Assembly: GCF_006345805.1 (NCBI RefSeq)
Contig: NW_021827084.1
Location: 1-11,125, forward strand
Origin: Octopus sinensis
Taxonomy: Eukaryota
Direction: 5' to 3'
Length of the DNA stretch: 11,125 nucleotides
Position numbers and translations under genes: made by a program. The notes below the pieces were generated by a model. It searched no databases. It saw only the letters and a list, made by a program, of their open reading frames with translations, and was not told the DNA's origin. Shown here one piece after another: positions 1 through 7,024 of the stretch. How positions within the stretch are numbered: the first letter of the stretch is position 1; each line of letters begins with the position of its first letter.

Positions 1-245
1 ATTATCCATGTGGTCATATGTTTGTATGCTAGGTATACTTTCTAGTTCTTTCCTTTCATGATTTCATGTAAACCTCCCCCCCCCACTACCTGTAGCTTGT
101 CATTTTAGTGCCCTCTTCATCCGACAACTCCTCCGGCAAGTAAAATATATCATCTTCATCACCATCATTATCATCATCATTATCATAATTGCTGTTGTTG
201 TTGATAATAAGGAGGAAAAAATAACAGCAACTACCACAACAACAG

Positions 246-400
246 GAAGAAGAAGAAGAAGAAGAAGAAGAAGAAGAAGAAGATAGGAGGAGGAGGAGAG
301 GAGAGGAGGAAGGGGAAGAAGAAGAAGAAGGAAGAAGAAGAAGAGAAGAAGAGAAGAAAAGAAGAAGAAGAAGAAGAAGAAGAGAAGAAGAAGAAGAAGA
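246..400. repeat. Imperfect (GAA)n/(GGA)n microsatellite
   Basis: GAA run interrupted by GGA/GAG variants; it produces the poly-S/L/F ORFs 86..421 and 100..459. Confidence 0.95.
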
Positions 401-544
401 ACAACAAAAGCTATAAAACAAATGAAATCCAAACTAAAACTAGAACAGCAACGAACCATGATAAAACGATGGCAAGAAAAGCCCCTTCATGGTAAATACT
501 GGACTAAACTAAACACAAGAGAAATAGACAAAGAAAAATCCCAG
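401..544 (+). mobile_element. Internal fragment (~140 bp) of an RLE-type (R4/Dong-like) non-LTR retrotransposon ORF
   Basis: Reads TTKAIKQMKSKLKLEQQRTMIKRWQEKPLHGKYWTKLNTREIDKEKSQ. The WxEKPLHGxY...IDKEKS motif is, from my knowledge of the family, the segment between the RT domain and the CCHC knuckle of R4-clade elements. Homology stops at about 544. Confidence 0.7.
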
Positions 545-608
545 AAAAATATCATAATTGCTGTTGTTGTTGATAAAGCGGAAAAAATAACAACAACCAC
601 AACAACAG

Positions 609-732
609 GAAGAAGAAGAAGAAGAAGAAGAAGAAGAAGAAGAAGAAGAAGAAGAAGAAGAAGAAGAAGAAGAAGAAGAAGAAGAAGAAGAAGAAGAAGA
701 AGAAGAAGAAGAAGAAGAAGAAGAAGAAGAAG
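609..732. repeat. Pure (GAA)~41 microsatellite
   Basis: Uninterrupted GAA run; gives the poly-R tail of ORF 422..754. Confidence 0.98.
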
Positions 733-861
733 GGTATGGTCGATGTTGGAGTAGTTATCTTATGTAATTGCAGCGATTTCTAAAGCAATTTTTAAATGTA
801 TCCGATACCTGAACGGTTCCTAATTGCACCAGCATTCGATTGCATGTGTTACATTTCACGG

Positions 862-868
862 GTATGTG

Positions 869-938
<70 letters not shown>

Positions 939-1002
939 TGTGTATGTGTGTGTGTGTGAGTGTAAGTGTGTGTGTGGGCGCGCGCGCGTATATGTGCGTG
1001 TG
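862..1002. repeat. Compound (TA)n-(TG)n-(CG)n microsatellite
   Basis: Alternating purine-pyrimidine tract ending in gcgcgcgcgcg. Confidence 0.97.
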
Positions 1003-1039
1003 AAGAGCTATCATGTGCTAGCAAAATTTTCTTCTTAAT

Positions 1040-1234
1040 TATACATGCATATATACACGCACACATATATATATATACACATATAATTTACATATATATA
1101 TATGTATATGTGGGGGTGTATGTGTGTGTATAGATATATATGCATAAATATATATATATGTAAGTATGTATATATATATGTAGGTATGTATACATATTAT
1201 ATATATATATATATATATATTTGTAATGATTATA

Positions 1235-1272
<38 letters not shown>

Positions 1273-1286
1273 TATATACTATATAT

Positions 1287-1331
<45 letters not shown>

Positions 1332-1334
1332 CCA

Positions 1335-1394
<60 letters not shown>
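1040..1394. repeat. (TA)n-rich microsatellite field
   Basis: Long interrupted TA runs with CA/TG variants. Confidence 0.97.
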
Positions 1395-1398
<4 letters not shown>

Positions 1399-1717
1399 TT
1401 TTCTTTTTGCCGCCAAGGTTCGGGATAATTTCCTTTTTTTTTTTATTTAGTCTTGCTTTTCTGTTGTATAACTGATTATCTCTCATGTATTTAAAAAGTG
1501 ACGTGGAAAAAGATTACGTGACATTCTTGTCTTTTGCAAAATACATTTGCTATGAAGTTTAAAGGAAAAACATATAACTAAGAATCAAATACGAGCTACG
1601 CGGTCTTCGTAAGGAAAGAAGACATTAGTTATATAAATTTTACATTGCTATGCTGTCCAATATGATTGGTGTTAAACAGTGGTCATGATTTGTTGTCACA
1701 TATGAAATATTATAAAT

Positions 1718-2121
1718 CAATCATTTCTACTCTAGGCACAAGGCTTGAAATTTTGGGGGAAGGAGTAAGGCGATGACATCGACCTCAGTGATCAACTGGT
1801 ACTTAATTTATCGACCCCGAAAGGATGAAAGGCAAGATCGAGATCGGTGGAATTTGAACTCAGACCGTTAAGACGGACTAAATACCTATTTCTTTACTGC
1901 CCACAAGGGGCTACATACAGAGGGGACAAACAAAGACAGACAAACGGATTAAATCGATTATATCGACCCCAGTGCGTAACTGGTACTTAATTTATCGACC
2001 CCGAAAGAATGAAAGGCAAAGTCGACCTCGGCGGAATTTGAACTCAGAACGTAGCGGCAGATGAAATGCCGCTAAGTATTTCGCCCGGCATGCTATCGAT
2101 TCTGCCAGCTCGCCACCTTTA
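1718..2121 (-). mobile_element. Full-length tRNA-derived SINE (octopus-type family) with 13-bp target-site duplication
   Basis: Flanked by aaatattataaat at 1705-1717 and 2122-2134. Minus-strand 5' end (ggtggcgagctggcagaatcgatag) is A-box-like; B box GTTCAAATTCC at 2043-2033. A 75-bp internal duplication (1794-1868 / 1978-2052) gives a second B box at 1859-1849. Confidence 0.9.
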
Positions 2122-2370
2122 AAATATTATAAATTAATATTGATTGTTCTGGTCACTGATTCAGTTCTACAACTGGATTCTCAGTTTTCAATTCCCACTC
2201 AGATTACATCTTGTTGACTTAAGCAAGAGATTCCGTTGAGTAATTTTATCTTTCCTATATTTGGGTTGAAATTTTGGCATATTATGCAATGAACAAAATA
2301 TTACACGAGAGGGACAACTTTTAAGAAACGTTGTATTAGTTTAACTCTTAAAAGGAAGGGGAAGTGTCTT

Positions 2371-2398
2371 AACGTTTCGGACTCCAGTCCTTCATCAC
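2371..2398 (-). ncRNA. Degenerate hammerhead-ribozyme-like core (C3 replaced by G)
   Basis: Minus strand: GUGAUGA-A-GGAC UGGA GUCC-GAAA-CGUU. Perfect 4-bp stem II, but the first core base is mutated and there is no clear stem I or cleavage triplet. Confidence 0.35.
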
Positions 2399-2505
2399 CA
2401 AAAATAAAAGAATGTGGGAAACTATAATGAATGAAAAAAATTTATTGGAAAGGAAAGAAAAAAGAGAAAGAGGAAAAACGGTGGGAAATCACTACCTTCC
2501 TGTAC

Positions 2506-2583
2506 TATATATGTGTATGTGTATGTATGTGTGTGTGCGTGTGTATGTGTGTGTATATGTGTGTGTATGTGTTTATGTGTATA
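2506..2583. repeat. (TG/TA)n microsatellite
   Basis: Direct reading. Confidence 0.95.
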
Positions 2584-2781
2584 CTTAGTGACATGTTGAA
2601 TGATTCTCACGCTCGCGCAAAAATTTACCCAGAAATTGAAATTTGCCTCAAATAAATAAGAACCTAATAACAATTGTTGACGACACTCAAGAAATTAATA
2701 ATTTGTCGTTTCATAGAAAATTATATTGTTATACTTAAAATGAAATCTGATCTTTGTTAGGTGGCCAGTGGGGTAATTATC

Positions 2782-2812
2782 GACATGTTTCGGTTTTACT
2801 AGTCCTCATCAG
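2782..2812 (-). ncRNA. Minimal type I hammerhead-ribozyme-like core (Penelope-like-element type)
   Basis: Minus strand: CUGAUGA-GG ACUAGUAAAA CC-GAAA-CAUG-UC. The core is intact, the A15.1-U16.1 pair closes a palindromic CAUG tetraloop, and the triplet is GUC. Stem II is only 2 bp and stem I is weak. Confidence 0.5.
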
Positions 2813-3649
2813 TGAAGCATCGCTCTTAAAACCTGTTTTGAGCTAAAGACAAATCTTTAAAAGAATAAAACAATCACGAAGAATTTTTGGTCAGTATAAT
2901 ATGCATAAATACAAAATGTGATCTAATGTAAATACCTAAAATTGATTAACGACTTAACTTTAGATCACTCGGATAGATGGGCCTGTTTTCAATTACTAAC
3001 ACAAAAGAGTTTAAACTTATAAATACTTGATTGTTATTTATAGGAAATAAACAAAATTTAGTCGCAATTGTTAGAAATGCTCACAGAAAAGAAAGGATAA
3101 CTTGAAGAAATTTAGATTTAATTTTACAGAGAATTTAATGTACCCCTAAATAAAGAGATTATTGGCCTCTAAATATGTAGTGAAAAGGTTTATAGCCTGT
3201 AAGTATTAAAAGAGTGATTTGTAGGGCTGTGTAGTAATCAATTAAGAAACATTCCTAACACCATCTACACTGTTGTAGATTAGAGAGATCAGTTTTATGC
3301 TGAACAGTTGCTTATATAGAAATAGGATTTTAGACAATAGGTATTGAAAGAATGTTGTGTGTGCCCGAGTAATTGATTAATCGATATTGTCAGTGCATAC
3401 ACTGCTATGCAAATTAGACCAATTAATTGGCCTTAGGTTCCTGGACAACGTTTAGTGTTTCTCTTCATCCGGTTACAGATTGACTGCGCTGGCTGGTTCA
3501 AATGTTTTTTTTTCATACTTAGCAATTAGGCTTATATATGATGCGTTAGAAGTTGTATGCGGTACAATGCAGGTAATTTTATTGACTTCATAGTATATAT
3601 TTCGAAAGTTCCGATAGTTAAGCTACTTTCAGTTTATGCTGACTTCCGC

Positions 3650-4520
3650 TCTAAGCGAGGGTGAATTCAAGGTGAAGATCGTGGTGGAGTAGAAGGGGTA
3701 GACTTGGAGGAGTTTGGACAAGAGTATGTAGTTTGTAGTTGGATACAAAGCAAGCAGCACCCTTATTAGTTTCATTAATAATAATGGTAGTGGTACTGCT
3801 TATGAAGCCATTGTTGCTGAAAAGAGATGGAAGAAAGTCTCTGAGAAGCTGGTAAAGATTCTTTTGGCAAAGGATCAGAAAAATCGGTTGTTGCTTGAGA
3901 TGCAGGAAGGCATGTGGGTTGTGTGATGCACGAAAGTAACCTTTACTCACCGGATAGTGGTCAAACAAAAGTTGCCCTTGTAGGCGAACGCTATCCAGTT
4001 TTGAGGGAAGGGTGAAATTCTCAAGGCTTTGGAGGCCTTGCTTTACTTTTTACCCTAATAGCTATGAGTAAACAACTTGTGGGACTCGGGGCATTAATGT
4101 TTTGTTGTTTTGATAATGTGGAGGAACATACTAAAATGGATGGTTTCAATCAACTACCTAGCTGTGTCTCATGGTTTTAGAGTGAGGCTCGTATGCTGCC
4201 AAGAGTAATTGGTATAAAACTGACTGAGTTCCAGCCAGTCAGCTGACTCGAGTCGCCATAAGACCAGCAGGAATGGCACACTGTGTTCTATGTGACGATG
4301 TGTTTGCACAGTTACGCTGAAGCAGCAGTGAAGTAACCCGATGGGCGCAGAGACCATCACAATTTGGTATAAGACATATTTGGAGGTGAGAAAGAGATGA
4401 AGGGTATTTGGAGTGTCTGTGCCAGGAAGGGCGAGGAAGGAATGACACAAATTAGTGCAAAGAATTGAGAATAGAAAAGGATTCGACTTCTTTAGCGGAT
4501 GCCTTCATATGGTGTGAGTT
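3650..4520 (-). mobile_element. Possible decayed retroelement-derived segment (family unassigned, perhaps Penelope-like)
   Basis: Higher GC and complexity than the flanks, strong strand skew, and several broken minus-strand ORFs (3651..3968, 4169..4450, 4239..4448) upstream of the hammerhead-like cores on the same strand. No diagnostic RT or GIY-YIG motif recognised. Confidence 0.25.
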
Positions 4521-4589
4521 AATAGTGAAATATCTTTAAAGTCCAATACTTCTATAGCTATTATTATTGTTGTTGTTGTTAGGGCGACA

Positions 4590-4657
4590 TCCGGGCAAAA
4601 TGCTTTGCGGCGTCATTACGTTCTGAGCTCAAACTCTGTCGAGGTCGACTTTGTCTT
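4590..4657 (+). mobile_element. Degenerate 5' fragment of the same SINE family as 1718-2121
   Basis: ccgggcaaaatgctttgcggc...acgttctgagctcaaactctgtcgaggtcgactttgtctt aligns by eye to the reverse complement of ~2020-2090. Confidence 0.8.
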
Positions 4658-4745
4658 ACGCCAATTGTTAAAACCATTATTATTTTTGTTGTTGTTATCT
4701 TTTGGTTATTATATTTGTCTACACGTGTGTGTATGTATATATATA

Positions 4746-5061
4746 CAGGGTGTGATGGGTAAATTGCCGCTATGTTATAATGTTTAATTTCGTGCAAGCG
4801 CATTGTTTGATTTTGAATTTGTCAACAACACAGAATAGTGGGGTCAGTTGGGCACCGTCTGTGAGAAAAACAGCACCAAGCCGCAATTCACTCCGCCAGG
4901 AATTTGGAAACGACATACTGTACTGCTTGGCATTCACGCCGGAAGCTCCAATACGATCATTTCAGAGTGTTCGGGTGTCAATCTGCGGAGAGTGCAGAGG
5001 ATTCGGAAAGAGTTGGATGAGTGTGATGGTGATTATGAAGGTACGGCAGCTCGGAAAACTC
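4746..5061 (+). mobile_element. Truncated 5' part of a Tc1/mariner-superfamily DNA transposon (left TIR plus N-terminal HTH of transposase, pseudogenised)
   Basis: Starts TA|CAGGGTG inside a TA run (TA target at 4744-4745). 4878-5060 reads [61 protein letters not shown], an HTH-like pattern (ISECxGVxLRxVQRIRK). The presumed ATG appears as AAG at 4878 (inference). No DDD/E domain and no right TIR in the window. Confidence 0.75.
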
Positions 5062-5380
5062 GTATATGTGTGTTTGTGTGTGTGTGCGTGTGTGTGTGTG
5101 TTTGTGTGTGTGTCTGTGGTTATGTGTGTGTGTGTGGTTGTGTGTGTGTGCGTGTGTGTGTATGTGTGTGTATGTTTGGGTGTCTATGTCCCCCAACATC
5201 GCTTGACAACCAATGCTGGTGTGTTTACGTCCCCGTAATTTAGTGGTTCGGCAAAAGCAGCCGATAGAATAAGTACTAGGCTTACAAAGAATAGATTGTG
5301 GGGTCGATTTGCTCGACTAAAGACGGTGCTCCAGCATGGCTGCAGTCAAATGACTGAATCAAATAAAAGAAAACAGAATA
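5062..5380 (+). mobile_element. 5'-truncated SINE of a second octopus-type family (internal TG microsatellite plus 3' body)
   Basis: (TG)n at 5062-5175, then cccccaacatcgcttgacaacc...ccgatagaataagtactaggcttacaaagaa...ggtgctccagcatggctgcagtcaaatgactgaa and an A-rich tail. Recognised from memory as a common octopus repeat. Confidence 0.75.
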
Positions 5381-5468
5381 TATATATATATATATATAAT
5401 ATATATAATATATATAATATATATATATATATATATACGTACATGTATATACATGTATGTATGTATGT
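5378..5468. repeat. (TA)n/(ATGT)n microsatellite
   Basis: Direct reading. Confidence 0.95.
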
Positions 5469-5615
5469 AAGTATGAATTTATTGCACTTTTACCAGAAGA
5501 ATGGTGACAGTGACTTCGAATTTCCGACCTGATTCTCACTACTCTACAAAAAGCATTGAGTAATCTTTCAGTTTAATGCAAATTGTTATAACATGACATA
5601 AAAACAAACTTTCCT

Positions 5616-5700
5616 GTAGGCGCAGTTTTGGACGATTGTTTAAGAAATTTGCTTTGCAACTGCGATGTCCGGCGTTCGATCCCACTGCCTGGTAATCTTG
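5616..5700 (+). mobile_element. Degenerate tRNA-like SINE head
   Basis: gtaggcgcag...tggacgattgtttaag (A-box-like) and B box GTTCGATCCC at 5674-5683, followed by actgcctggtaatcttg. No intact cloverleaf, so not a tRNA gene. Confidence 0.55.
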
Positions 5701-5715
5701 CTGAAATATCATTTT

Positions 5716-5766
5716 CTACAAATTTGGGTAAGATGGAGTAATGGAAGACTGAGACGCCCATTCTGC
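5716..5766 (-). CDS. Candidate terminal coding exon of an unknown gene (AEWASQSSITPSYPNL*)
   Basis: Strong minus-strand acceptor ttttaactctgttttcag| (AG at 5768-5767), TAG at 5718-5716 in phase 0, and AATAAA on the minus strand at 5483-5478. Confidence 0.25.
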   Translation of the reverse strand, partial: AEWASQSSITPSYPNL

Positions 5767-5994
5767 CTGAAAACAGAGTTAAAAGTACACGCGACTCATT
5801 TAACCTTGATTTCCGAGTAAGTCATTCATTAAATTGAACTGCTAAATTCTTATTCTCGAACGACGGAGATCCGCCGCCACCATGAGTATGCGTGTGGGGG
5901 TGGGCGTATCTTTGTGTTTAAGTAAAACTTTCGTCTAGTTTCCTCTCCACCACTGAACACATTCGCACATACGTACATGAATATAGAAACGTTT

Positions 5995-6005
5995 GTGTAC
6001 GTACG

Positions 6006-6043
<38 letters not shown>

Positions 6044-6095
6044 ATGTTTGCATGTAGGTATGTATGTGTTGGTGTGTATGCGTCGTATGCATTTA
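5995..6095. repeat. (TA)n/(ATGT)n microsatellite
   Basis: Direct reading. Confidence 0.9.
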
Positions 6096-6201
6096 TGCGA
6101 GCATATCATATACATTTTCGTGTACAATTGTAATAACAATATGAATATAGAAAGATAAAAAGCTTTAGTGGAAAAGCTGTCTATCATATACGATCGCATA
6201 C

Positions 6202-6362
6202 TTTTTTGATCTCGTCAAGAGTCCAATTTCTTTCTCGGCTTTCTTCAAAAAGTTGGCTTTTATCTCGACATTGCTGCAGCTGATCACTTGCTTTCTGACC
6301 GATACTGCAGTCATCTCTAGCTTTGAAGCTGGAACATCTTAAAGTAATGAACTCCGCGAACG
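6202..6362 (-). CDS. Candidate internal coding exon of an unknown gene (FAEFITLRCSSFKARDDCSIGQKASDQLQQCRDKSQLFEESRERNWTLDEIKK)
   Basis: Stop-free, high-complexity island. Donor AAA|GTATGC at 6201; possible acceptors tttacag| (exon start 6362) or tttaag| (start 6337). Its phase-0 end matches the 5766 exon. No homology recognised. Confidence 0.3.
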
Positions 6363-6564
6363 CTGTAAACCTCTCATACGTTCTGATTAGAATTCTTTTT
6401 TCTGTTTTTTATTAAATATATATATATATATTCTTTTCATCGTTAATAGTATGAACACACACAACTCTTCAATGGCAGACATAGACTGAAAACTGTCTCA
6501 GAAAATACAATTCAATGCTACGTTATTTACAAAAGTTTTTATTTTATCATTATTAGTGGTTGGA

Positions 6565-6681
6565 AAGGCGACAAGCCGGAAGAATTGTTACCACACCGGA
6601 CTAAATGCTTAGTGGCATTTTGTCCGTCTTAACATTCTGAGTTCAAATGCTGCCCAAGTCGACTTTGCCTTTCATCCTTTC
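6565..6681 (+). mobile_element. Diverged 5' fragment of the same SINE family as 1718-2121
   Basis: aaggcgacaagccggaagaattgtta...aaatgcttagtggcattttgtccgtc...ttctgagttcaaatgctgcccaagtcgactttgcctttcatcctttc. Confidence 0.85.
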
Positions 6682-6702
6682 AGTTAGTTGATCTGTACCG
6701 TC

Positions 6703-6995
6703 TTTAGTTATCAACAACCAGTAATAAAGCAAATTTGAAGTACACTACACTGTATTTAGTAACCAACAAATTGTAGAATACTCAATGTGAAGTACAGTAT
6801 GCGTCTCTCTTGGTGTGTCATAACCAGTAGGATATCAAATGTGAAGTAAATACTCAGCCTTTCGTAAATCACAAGCAGTAAGTATGTTAATGTAGAATAG
6901 TGTAATATGTTTAGTAATCAACGACCAGTAGTATATTCAGTGTAGAGCAGAGTCATTAGCTTTAGTATCCAACACTGAGTAGGATATCCAACAAC
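6703..6995 (+). repeat. Decayed ~51-bp minisatellite, about 6 units
   Basis: Unit starts near 6703, 6755, 6809, 6860, 6910, 6961; approximate consensus TTTAGTAATCAACAACCAGTAGGATATTCAATGTGAAGTACAGTA. Confidence 0.75.
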
Positions 6996-7024
6996 TGCTG
7001 AACCAGTTTCCAAACACCAGGTTG

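Larger units (their letters stand above)
181..609 (+). repeat. Direct duplication 181-246 / 550-609, each copy followed by (GAA)n
   Basis: First 27 nt identical (tatcataattgctgttgttgttgataa); the remainder differs by 3 substitutions and two 3-nt indels. Confidence 0.95.

Noticed and set aside
862-1002. Z-DNA-forming tract as a special regulatory element
   Set aside because: Z-DNA potential is real for (TG)n(CG)n, but similar TG tracts occur several times in this window and no linked gene is evident.
86-1486. ORFs 86..421, 100..459, 755..1066, 796..1038, 1286..1486 and the poly-R part of 422..754
   Set aside because: Translations of GAA, TG/CA and TA microsatellites, which lack stop codons in most frames.
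3263-3280. Hairpin atctaca-ctgt-tgtagat
   Set aside because: An isolated 7-bp AT-rich stem is within chance expectation.
4220-4254. Overlapping palindromes (ctgactg/cagtcag, agtcagctgact, gactcgagtc)
   Set aside because: A 12-bp palindrome is expected a few times per 11 kb by chance (about 11000/4^6), and there is no supporting context.
4848-5243. ORF 4848..5243 as a functional 131-aa protein
   Set aside because: Chimera of a pseudogenised transposase N-terminus, a TG microsatellite and SINE sequence, starting at a non-ATG codon.
5616-5700. tRNA gene
   Set aside because: Only A/B-box remnants; no acceptor or anticodon stems. Better explained as a SINE head.
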